From the NCBI RefSeq assembly GCF_009914755.1, contig NC_060939.1: a DNA stretch of 64,000 bases, one strand, 5' to 3'. Position numbers and translations under genes: made by a program. Of this stretch, positions 10,301 through 22,900 are shown piece by piece (the first letter of the stretch is position 1; each line of letters begins with the position of its first letter). Source of the DNA: the human T2T-CHM13v2.0 reference genome, Homo sapiens. The notes under the pieces are model-generated. The model had not been told where the DNA came from and searched no databases. It was given only the letters and a program-made list of their open reading frames with translations.

Positions 10301-12804
10301 TTCCACTCCAGTCCATTCCATTCGTATCCATTCCATTCCAGTCCATTCCATTTGTGTCCACTGCATTCCATTCCACTCCATTCCATATTATTCCATTACA
10401 CTCCATTCCATTCTATTACTTTCATTTCCATTCAATTCCATTCCATTTGATTCCACTCCACTCGGTTTCATTCCATTTGAGTCCACTCCATTCCATTCCA
10501 TTCCATTCAGTTCCATTCCATTCTGTTCCATTCCATTCCGTTCCATTACATTCCATTCCATTCGGTACCATTCCATATTGTTCCATTCGATTCCATTCGA
10601 ATCCATTCCATTCCAGTCCATTCCATTCGATTCCATTCCATTCATTTCAATTCCATTCCATTCCATTCCATTACATTCCACTTGATTCCTCTCCATTCCC
10701 TTCCACTGCATTCCGTTCGATTCCATTCCATTGCATTACATTCCATTCCATTGGATTGCATTCCATTCGATTCCATTCCATTCGAATCAATTACATAGCA
10801 ATCCATTACATTCGAGTCTATTCTCTTCCGTTCCATTCGATTTCGTTCCAATCCATTCGATTCCATTCCATTCGATTCCATTCCATACTATTGCATTCCA
10901 TTCGATTACATTATATTCGAATAAGTTCCATTCAAGACCATTTCTTTTGAGTCCATTCTATTTGAGTCCATTCCCTTTGATTCCATAACATTTGAGTCCA
11001 TTCAATTCCATTCCTTTCGTTTCCATTCCATTTGATGCCATTCCATTCAATTCTGTTCTACTCGACTCCAATACATTCAATTCCATTCCATCCGATTCCA
11101 TTACATTCTTTTCATTTCTTATCCATTTCAAGCCATTCCACTCCATTCCATTCCACTCGTTTCCTTTCCATTCGAGTCCATTCCTCTCCAGTCCATTCCG
11201 TTCAATCCATTCCATTCCAGTCCATTCCATTCGAGTCCGTTCCATTCCAGTCCATTCCATTCGAGTCAATTCCATTCCATTCGATGTCTTTCCATAACGA
11301 TCCATTCCATTCTATTCCTTTCGATTCCATTCTATTCTATTTCATTCCATTCGATTCCCTTCCATTGGACTCCTTTCCATTCGAGTGCATTCCATTCCGT
11401 TCCATTTCTTTCCGTTCTGTACGATTCCTACCGTTCAATTTCATTTTGTTCCAGTCCATTCTTTCGCGTCCATTCCATTCCATTTCACTCCATTCGATTC
11501 CATTCCACTCGATTCCACTTCGTTCCATTTCATTGCATTCCATTCTATTCAACTCTATTGCCTTCCATTCCATTCCATTCGATTACATTCCATGCGATTC
11601 CATTCGAAATCGAATCAATTACATTGCAATCCATTACTATTGAGTCCGTTTTATTCCAGTCCACTGCATTCTGGTCCATTCCATTTGATTCCATTCCATT
11701 CTATTCCATTCCATACAGTTGCATTCCATTGGATTCCATGCTATATCTATAAATTCAATTCGAGACCATTGCTTTTGAGTCCATTCTATATGATTCCATT
11801 CCATTCAAGTCCATTACATTTGGTTAAATTCCATTCCATTCGGTTCAATTCCATTCCATTCCATTCCCTTCCATTCCATTCCAGTTGATATCAATCCATT
11901 CGATTCCATTCCATTCGAGCACATTCCATTCGAGTCCATTCCATTCGATGCCATTCCATTTGATTCTATTCCATTAGTCTCCATTCAATTCCATTAATCT
12001 CCATTCCATTCCATTCTACTCCAACTGATTCCATTCCATTCTATTCCTTTTTATTCCATTTCATTCCATTTCATTCCATTCCATTCCATTCCATTCCATT
12101 CCATTCGTGTCCATTCCACTCCAGTCCATTCCATTCGTATCCATTCCATTCCAGTCCATTCCATTTGTGTCCACTGCATTCCATTCCACTCCATTCCATA
12201 TTATTCCATTACACTCCATTCCATTCTATTACTTTCATTTCCATTCAATTCCATTCCATTTGATTCCATTCCACTCGGTTTCATTCCATTTGAGTCCACT
12301 CCATTCCATTCCATTCCATTCAGTTCCATTCCATTCTGTTCCATTCCATTCCGTTCCATTACATTCCATTCCATTCGGTACCATTCCATATTGTTCCATT
12401 CGATTCCATTCGAATCCATTCCATTCCAGTCCATTCCATTCGATTCCATTCCATTCATTTCAATTCCATTCCATTCCATTCCATTCCATTCCACTTGATT
12501 CCTCTCCATTCCCTTCCACTGCATTCCGTTCGATTCCATTCCATTGCATTGCATTCCATTCCATTGGATTGCATTCCATTCGATTCCATTCCATTCGAAT
12601 CAATTACATAGCAATCCATTACATTCGAGTCTATTCTCTTCCGTTCCATTCGATTTCGTTCCAATCCATTCGATTCCATTCCATTCGATTCCATTCCATA
12701 CTATTGCATTCCATTCGATTACATTATATTCGAATAAGTTCCATTCAAGACCATTTCTTATGAGTCCATTCTATTTGAGTCCATTCCCTTTGATTCCATA
12801 ACAT

Positions 12805-14578
12805 TTGAGTCCATTCAATTCCATTCCTTTCGTTTCCATTCCATTTGATGCCATTCCATTCAATTCTGTTCTACTCGACTCCAATACATTCAATTCCATT
12901 CCATCCGATTCCATTACATTCTTTTCATTTCTTATCCATTTCAAGCCATTCCACTCCATTCCATTCCACTCGTTTCCTTTCCATTCGAGTCCATTCCTCT
13001 CCAGTCCATTCCGTTCAATCCATTCCATTCCAGTCCATTCCATTCGAGTCCGTTCCATTCCAGTCCATTCCATTCGAGTCAATTCCATTCCATTCGGTGT
13101 CTTTCCATAACGATCCATTCCATTCTATTCCTTTCGATTCCATTCCATTCTATTTCATTCCATTCGATTCCCTTCCATTGGACTCCTTTCCATTCGAGTG
13201 CATTCCATTCCGTTCCATTTCTTTCCGTTCTGTACGATTCCTACCGTTCGATTTCATTTTGTTCCAGTCCATTCCTTTCGCGTCCATTCCATTCCGTTTC
13301 ACTCCATTCGATTCCATTCCACTCGATTCCACTTCGTTCCATTTCATTGCATTCCATTCTATTCAACTCTATTGCCTTCCATTCCATTCCTTTCGATTAC
13401 ATTCCATGCGATTCCATTCGAAATCGAATCAATTACATTGCAATCCATTACTATTGAGTCCATTTTATTCCAGTCCACTGCATTCTGGTCCATTCCATTT
13501 GATTCCATTCCATTCTATTCCATTCCATACAGTTGCATTCCATTGGATTCCATGCTATATCTATAAATTCAATTCGAGACCATTGCTTTTGAGTCCATTC
13601 TATATGATTCCATTCCATTCAAGTCCATTACATTTGGTTAAATTCCATTCCATTCCACTCCCCTCCATTCCATTCCATTTGATATCAATCCATTCGATTC
13701 CATTCCATTCGAGCACATTCCATTCGAGTCCATTCCATTCGATGCCATTCCATTTGATTCTATACCATTAGTCTCCATTCAATTCCATTAATCTCCATTC
13801 CATTCCATTCTACTCCAACTGATTCCATTCCATTCTATTCCTTTCCATTCCATTTCATTCCATTCCATTCCATTCGTGTCGATTCCACTCCAGTCCATTC
13901 CATTCGTTTCCATTCCATTCCAGTCCATTCCATTTGTGTCCACTGCATTCCATTCCACTCCATTCCATATTATTCCATTACACTCCATTCCATTCTATTA
14001 CTTTCATTTCCCTTCAATTCCATTCCATTTGATTCCATTCCACTCGGTTTCATTCCATTTGAGTCCACTCCATTCCATTCCATTCCATTCCATTCAGTTC
14101 CATTCCATTCTGTTCCATTCCATTCCGTTCCATTACATTCCATTCCATTCGGTACCATTCCATATTGTTCCATTCGATTCCATTCGAATCCATTCCATTC
14201 CAGTCCATTCCATTCAATTCCATTCCATTCATTTCAATTCCATTCCATTCCATTCCTTTACATTCCACTTGATTCCTCTCCATTCCCTTCCACTGCATTC
14301 CGTTCGATTCCATTCCATTGCATTGCATTCCATTCCATTGGATTGCATTCCATTCGATTCCATTCCATTCGAATCAATTACATAGCAATCCATTACATTC
14401 GAGTCTATTCTATTCCGTTCCATTCGATTTCGTTCCAATCCATTCGATTCCATTCCATTCGATTCCATTCCATACTATTACATTCCATTCGATTACATTA
14501 TATTCGAATAAGTTCCACTCAAGACCATTGCTTTTGAGTCCATTCTATTTGAGTCCATTCCCTTTGATTCCATAACAT
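12805..14578 (+). repeat. Type B variant unit U8 (1774 bp), appears the most diverged unit
   Basis: Extra C, single GGTTAAATT copy, only 3 ATTCC in the variable tract, many private substitutions. Confidence 0.88.
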
Positions 14579-16362
14579 TTGAGTCCATTCAATTCCATTC
14601 CTTTCGTTTCCATTCCATTTGATGCCATTCCATTCAATTCTGTTCTACTCGACTCCAATACATTCAATTCCATTCCATCCGATTCCATTACATTCTTTTC
14701 ATTTCTTATCCATTTCAAGCCATTCCACTCCATTCCATTCCACTCGTTTCCTTTCCATTCGAGTCCATTCCTCTCCAGTCCATTCCGTTCAATTCATTCC
14801 ATTCCAGTCCATTCCATTCGAGTCCGTTCCATTCCAGTCCATTCCATTCGAGTCAATTCCATCCCATTCGATGTCTTTCCATAACGATCCATTCCATTCT
14901 ATTCCTTTCGATTCCATTCCATTCTATTTCATTCCATTCGATTCCCTTCCATTGGACTCCTTTCCATTCGAGTGCATTCCATTCCGTTCCATTTCTTTCC
15001 GTTCTGTACGATTCCTACCGTTCGATTTCATTTTGTTCCAGTCCATTCCTTTCGCGTCCATTCCATTCCATTTCACTCCATTCGATTCCATTCCACTCGA
15101 TTCCACTTCGTTCCATTTCATTGCATTCCATTCTATTCAACTCTATTGCCTTCCATTCCATTCCATTCGATTACATTCCATGCGATTCCATTCGAAATCG
15201 AATCAATTACATTGCAATCCATTACTATTGAGTCCATTTTATTCCAGTCCACTGCATTCTGGTCCATTCCATTTGATTCCATTCCATTCTATTCCATTCC
15301 ATAAAGTTGCATTCCATTGGATTCCAATCTATATCTATAAATTCAATTCGAGACCATTGCTTTTGAGTCCATTCTATATGATTCCATTCCATTCAAGTCC
15401 ATTACATTTGGTTAAATTCCATTCCATTCCATTCCCTTCCATTCCATTCCAGTTGATATCAATCCATTCGATTCCATTCCATTCGAGCACATTCCATTCG
15501 AGTCCATTCCATTCGATGCCATTCCATTTGATTCTATTCCATTAGTCTCCATTCAATTCCATTAATCTCCATTCCATTCCATTCTACTCCAACTGATTCC
15601 ATTCCATTCTATTCCTTTTTATTCCATTTCATTCCATTCCATTCCATTCCATTCCATTCCATTCGTGTCCATTCCACTCCAGTCCATTCCATTCGTATCC
15701 ATTCCATTCCAGTCCATTCCATTTCTGTCCACTGCATTCCATTCCACTCCATTCCATATTATTCCATTACACTCCATTCCATTCTATTACTTTCATTTCC
15801 ATTCAATTCCATTCCATTTGATTCCATTCCACTCGGTTTCATTCCATTTGAGTCCACTCCATTCCATTCCATTCCATTCAGTTCCATTCCATTCTGTTCC
15901 ATTCCATTCCGTTCCATTACATTCCATTCCATTCGGTACCATTCCATATTGTTCCATTCGATTCCATTCGAATCCATTCCATTCCAGTCCATTCCATTCG
16001 ATTCCATTCCATTCATTTCAATTCCATTCCATTCCATTACATTACATTCCACTTGATTCCTCTCCATTCCCTTCCACTGCATTCCGTTCGATTCCATTCC
16101 ATTGCATTGCATTCCATTCCATTGGATTGCATTCCATTCGATTCCATTCCATTCGAATCAATTACATAGCAATCCATTACATTCGAGTCTATTCTCTTCC
16201 GTTCCATTCGATTTCGTTCCAATCCATTCGATTCCATTCCTTTCGATTCCATTCCATACTATTGCATTCCATTCGATTACATTATATTCGAATAAGTTCC
16301 ATTCAAGACCATTTCTTTTGAGTCCATTCTATTTGAGTCCATTCCCTTTGATTCCATAACAT
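14579..16362 (+). repeat. Type B variant unit U9 (1784 bp = 1803+1-20)
   Basis: Extra C, single GGTTAAATT copy, CCAATCTATATC and GAGTCCATTTTATT variants; 3' part is A-like. Confidence 0.88.
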
Positions 16363-18175
16363 TTGAGTCCATTCAATTCCATTCCTTTCGTTTCCATTCC
16401 ATTTGATGCCATTCCATTCAATTCTGTTCTACTCGACTCCAATACATTCAATTCCATTCCATCCGATTCCATTACATTCTTTTCATTTCTTATCCATTTC
16501 AAGCCATTCCACTCCATTCCATTCCACTCGTTTCCTTTCCATTCGAGTCCATTCCTCTCCAGTCCATTCCGTTCAATCCATTCCATTCCAGTCCATTCCA
16601 TTCGAGTCCGTTCCATTCCAGTCCATTCCATTCGAGTCAATTCCATTCCATTCGATGTCTTTCCATAACGATCCATTCCATTCTATTCCTTTCGATTCCA
16701 TTCCATTCTATTTCATTCCATTCGATTCCCTTCCATTGGACTCCTTTCCATTCGAGTGCATTCCATTCCGTTCCATTTCTTTCCGTTCTGTACGATTCCT
16801 ACCGTTCGATTTCATTTTGTTCCAGTCCATTCTTTCGCGTCCATTCCATTCCATTTCACTCCATTCGATTCCATTCCACTCGATTCCACTTCGTTCCATT
16901 TCATTGCATTCCATTCTATTCAACTCTATTGCCTTCCATTCCATTCCATTCGATTACATTCCATGCGATTCCATTCGAAATCGAATCAATTACATTGCAA
17001 TCCATTACTATTGAGTCCGTTTTATTCCAGTCCACTGCATTCTGGTCCATTCCATTTGATTCCATTCCATTCTATTCCATTCCATACAGTTGCATTCCAT
17101 TGGATTCCATGCTATATCTATAAATTCAATTCGAGACCATTGCTTTTGAGTCCATTCTATATGATTCCATTCCATTCAAGTCCATTACATTTGGTTAAAT
17201 TCCATTCCATTCGGTTCAATTCCATTCCATTCCATTCCCTTCCATTCCATTCCAGTTGATATCAATCCATTCGATTCCATTCCATTCGAGCACATTCCAT
17301 TCGAGTCCATTCCATTCGATGCCATTCCATTTGATTCTATTCCATTAGTCTCCATTCAATTCCATTAATCTCCATTCCATTCCATTCTACTCCAACTGAT
17401 TCCATTCCATTCTATTCCTTTCCATTCCATTTCATTCCATTCCATTCCATTCCATTCCATTCCATTCCATTCCATTCGTGTCCATTCCACTCCAGTCCAT
17501 TCCATTCGTATCCATTCCATTCCAGTCCATTCCATTTGTGTCCACTGCATTCCATTCCACTCCATTCTATATTATTCCATTACACTCCATTCCATTCTAT
17601 TACTTTCATTTCCATTCAATTCCATTCCATTTGATTCCATTCCACTCGGTTTCATTCCATTTGAGTCCACTCCATTCCATTCCATTCCATTCAGTTCCAT
17701 TCCATTCTGTTCCATTCCATTCCGTTCCATTACATTCCATTCCATTCTGTACCATTCCATATTGTTCCATTCGATTCCATTCGAATCCATTCCATTCCAG
17801 TCCATTCCATTCGATTCCATTCCATTCATTTCAATTCCATTCCATTCCATTCCATTACATTCCACTTGATTCCTCTCCATTCCCTTCCACTGCATTCCGT
17901 TCGATTCCATTCCATTGCATTGCATTCCATTCCATTGGATTGCATTCCATTCGATTCCATTCCATTCGAATCAATTACATAGCAATCCATTACATTCGAG
18001 TCTATTCTCTTCCGTTCCATTCGATTTCGTTCCAATCCATTCGATTCCATTCCATTCGATTCCATTCCATACTATTGCATTCCATTCGATTACATTATAT
18101 TCGAATAAGTTCCATTCAAGACCATTTCTTTTGAGTCCATTCTATTTGAGTCCATTCCCTTTGATTCCATAACAT

Positions 18176-19944
18176 TTGAGTCCATTCAATTCCATTCCTT
18201 TCGTTTCCATTCCATTTGATGCCATTCCATTCAATTCTGTTCTACTCGACTCCAATACATTCAATTCCATTCCATCCGATTCCATTACATTCTTTTCATT
18301 TCTTATCCATTTCAAGCCATTCCACTCCATTCCATTCCACTCGTTTCCTTTCCATTCGAGTCCATTCCTCTCCAGTCCATTCCGTTCAATCCATTCCATT
18401 CCAGTCCATTCCATTCGAGTCCGTTCCATTCCAGTCCATTCCATTCGAGTCAATTCCATCCCATTCGATGTCTTTCCATAAAGATCCATTCCATTCTATT
18501 CCTTTCGATTCCATTCCATTCTATTTCATTCCATTCGATTCCCTTCCATTGGACTCCTTTCCATTCGAGTGCATTCCATTCCGTTCCATTTCTTTCCGTT
18601 CTGTACGATTCCTACCGTTCGATTTCATTTTGTTCCAGTCCATTCCTTTCGCGTCCATTCCATTCCATTTCACTCCATTCGATTCCATTCCACTCGATTC
18701 CACTTCGTTCCATTTCATTGCATTCCATTCTATTCAAATCTATTGCCTTCCATTCCATTCCATTCGATTACATTCCATGCGATTCCATTCGAAATCGAAT
18801 CAATTACATTGCAATCCATTACTATTGAGTCCATTTTATTCCAGTCCACTGCATTCTGGTCCATTCCATTTGATTCCATTCCATTCTATTCCATTCCATA
18901 CAGTTGCATTCCATTGGATTCCAATCTATATCTATAAATTCAATTCGAGACCATTGCTTTTGAGTCCATTCTATATGATTCCATTCCATTCAAGTCCATT
19001 ACATTTGGTTCAATTCCATTCCATTCCATTCCCTTCCATTCCATTCCAGTTGATATCAATCCATTCGATTCCATTCCATTCGAGCACATTCCATTCGAGT
19101 CCATTCCATTCGATGCCATTCCATTTGATTCTATTCCATTAGTCTCCATTCAATTCCATTAATCTCCATTCCATTCCATTCTACTCCAACTGATTCCATT
19201 CCATTCTATTCCTTTCCATTCCATTTCATTCCATTCCATTCCATTTCATTCCATTCCATTCCATTCGTGTCCATTCCACTCCAGTCCATTCCATTCGTGT
19301 CCATTCCATTCCAGTCCATTCCATTTGTGTCCACTGCATTCCATTCCACTCCATTCCATATTATTCCATTACACTCCATTCCATTCTATTACTTTCATTT
19401 CCATTCAATTCCATTCCATTTGATTCCATTCCACTCGGTTTCATTCCATTTGAGTCCACTCCATTCCATTCCATTCCATTCAGTTCCATTCCATTCTGTT
19501 CCATTCCATTCCGTTCCATTGCATTCCATTCCATTCGGTACCATTCCATATTGTTCCATTCGATTCCATTCGAATCCATTCCATTCCAGTCCATTCCATT
19601 CGATTCCATTCCATTCCTTTCAATTCTATTCCATTCCATTCCATTCCACTTGATTCCACTCCATTCCCTTCCACTGCATTCCATTGCATTGCATTCCATT
19701 CCATTGGACTGCATTCCATTCGATTCCATTCCATTCGAATCAATTACATAGCAATCCATTACATTCGAGTCTATTCTATTCCGTTCCATTCGATTTCGTT
19801 CCAATCCATTCGATTCCATTCCATTCGATTCCATTCCATACTATTGCATTCCATTCGATTACATTATATTCGAATAAGTTCCATTCAAGACCATTTCTTT
19901 TGAGTCCATTCTATTTGAGTCCATTCCCTTTGATTCCATAACAT
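18176..19944 (+). repeat. Type B variant unit U11 (1769 bp)
   Basis: Extra C, single GGTTCAATT copy, same 3' deletions as U4, private CATAAAGATCC and CAAATCTATT. Confidence 0.88.
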
Positions 19945-22900
19945 TTGAGTCCATTCAATTCCATTCCTTTCGTTTCCATTCCATTTGATGCCATTCCATT
20001 CAATTCTGTTCTACTCGACTCCAATACATTCAATTCCATTCCATCCGATTCCATTACATTCTTTTCATTTCTTATCCATTTCAAGCCATTCCACTCCATT
20101 CCATTCCACTCGTTTCCTTTCCATTCGAGTCCATTCCTCTCCAGTCCATTCCGTTCAATCCATTCCATTCCAGTCCATTCCATTCGAGTCCGTTCCATTC
20201 CAGTCCATTCCATTCGAGTCAATTCCATCCCATTCGATGTCTTTCCATAACGATCCATTCCATTCTATTCCTTTCGATTCCATTCCATTCTATTTCATTC
20301 CATTCGATTCCCTTCCATTGGACTCCTTTCCATTCGAGTGCATTCCATTCCGTTCCATTTCTTTCCGTTCTGTACGATTCCTACCGTTCGATTTCATTTT
20401 GTTCCAGTCCATTCTTTCGCGTCCATTCCATTCCATTTCACTCCATTCGATTCCATTCCACTCGATTCCACTTCGTTCCATTTCATTGCATTCCATTCTA
20501 TTCAACTCTATTGCCTTCCATTCCATTCCATTCGATTACATTCCATGCGATTCCATTCGAAATCGAATCAATTACATTGCAATCCATTACTATTGAGTCC
20601 GTTTTATTCCAGTCCACTGCATTCTGGTCCATTCCATTTGATTCCATTCCATTCTATTCCATTCCATACAGTTGCATTCCATTGGATTCCATGCTATATC
20701 TATAAATTCAATTCGAGACCATTGCTTTTGAGTCCATTCTATATGATTCCATTCCATTCAAGTCCATTACATTTGGTTAAATTCCATTCCATTCGGTTCA
20801 ATTCCATTCCATTCCATTCCCTTCCATTCCATTCCAGTTGATATCAATCCATTCGATTCCATTCCATTCGAGCACATTCCATTCGAGTCCATTCCATTCG
20901 ATGCCATTCCATTTGATTCTATTCCATTAGTCTCCATTCAATTCCATTAATCTCCATTCCATTCCATTCTACTCCAACTGATTCCATTCCATTCTATTCC
21001 TTTCCATTCCATTTCATTCCATTCCATTCCATTCCATTCCATTCCATTCCATTCGTGTCCATTCCACTCCAGTCCATTCCATTCGTATCCATTCCATTCC
21101 AGTCCATTCCATTTGTGTCCACTGCATTCCATTCCACTCCATTCCATATTATTCCATTACACTCCATTCCATTCTATTACTTTCATTTCCATTCAATTCC
21201 ATTCCATTTGATTCCATTCCACTCGGTTTCATTCCATTTGAGTCCACTCCATTCCATTCCATTCCATTCAGTTCCATTCCATTCTGTTCCATTCCATTCC
21301 GTTCCATTACATTCCATTCCATTCGGTACCATTCCATATTGTTCCATTCGATTCCATTCGAATCCATTCCATTCCAGTCCATTCCATTCGATTCCATTCC
21401 ATTCATTTCAATTCCATTCCATTCCATTCCATTACATTCCACTTGATTCCTCTCCATTCCCTTCCACTGCATTCCGTTCGATTCCATTCCATTGCATTGC
21501 ATTCCATTCCATTGGATTGCATTCCATTCGATTCCATTCCATTCGAATCAATTACATAGCAATCCATTACATTCGAGTCTATTCTATTCCGTTCCATTCG
21601 ATTTCGTTCCAATCCATTCGATTCCATTCCATTCGATTCCATTCCATACTATTGCATTCCATTCGATTACATTATATTCGAATAAGTTCCATTCAAGACC
21701 ATTTCTTTTGAGTCCATTTTATTTGAGTCCATTCCCTTTGATTCCATAACATTTGAGTCCATTCAATTCCATTCCTTTCGTTTCCATTCCATTTGATGCC
21801 ATTCCATTCAATTCTGTTCTACTCGACTCCAATACATTCAATTCCATTCCATCCGATTCCATTACATTCTTTTCATTTCTTATCCATTTCAAGCCATTCC
21901 ACTCCATTCCATTCCACTCGTTTCCTTTCCATTCGAGTCCATTCCTCTCCAGTCCATTCCGTTCAATCCATTCCATTCCAGTCCATTCCATTCGAGTCCG
22001 TTCCATTCCAGTCCATTCCATTCGAGTCAATTCCATCCCATTCGATGTCTTTCCATAACGATCCATTCCATTCTATTCCTTTCGATTCCATTCCATTCTA
22101 TTTCATTCCATTCGATTCCCTTCCATTGGACTCCTTTCCATTCGAGTGCATTCCATTCCGTTCCATTTCTTTCCGTTCTGTACGATTCCTACCGTTCGAT
22201 TTCATTTTGTTCCAGTCCATTCTTTCGCGTCCATTCCATTCCATTTCACTCCATTCGATTCCATTCCACTCGATTCCACTTCGTTCCATTTCATTGCATT
22301 CCATTCTATTCAACTCTACTGCCTTCCATTCCATTCCATTCGATTACATTCCATGCGATTCCATTCGAAATCGAATCAATTACATTGCAATCCATTACTA
22401 TTGAGTCCGTTTTATTCCAGTCCACTGCATTCTGGTCCATTCCATTTGATTCCATTCCATTCTATTCCATTCCATACAGTTGCATTCCATTGGATTCCAT
22501 GCTATATCTATAAATTCAATTCGAGACCATTGCTTTTGAGTCCATTCTATATGATTCCATTCCATTCAAGTCCATTACATTTGGTTAAATTCCATTCCAT
22601 TCGGTTCAATTCCATTCCATTCCATTCCCTTCCATTCCATTCCAGTTGATATCAATCCATTCGATTCCATTCCATTCGAGCACATTCCATTCGAGTCCAT
22701 TCCATTCGATGCCATTCCATTTGATTCTATTCCATTAGTCTCCATTCAATTCCATTAATCTCCATTCCATTCCATTCTACTCCAACTGATTCCATTCCAT
22801 TCTATTCCTTTTTATTCCATTTCATTCCATTCCATTCCATTCCATTCCATTCGTGTCCATTCCACTCCAGTCCATTCCATTCGTATCCATTCCATTCCAG

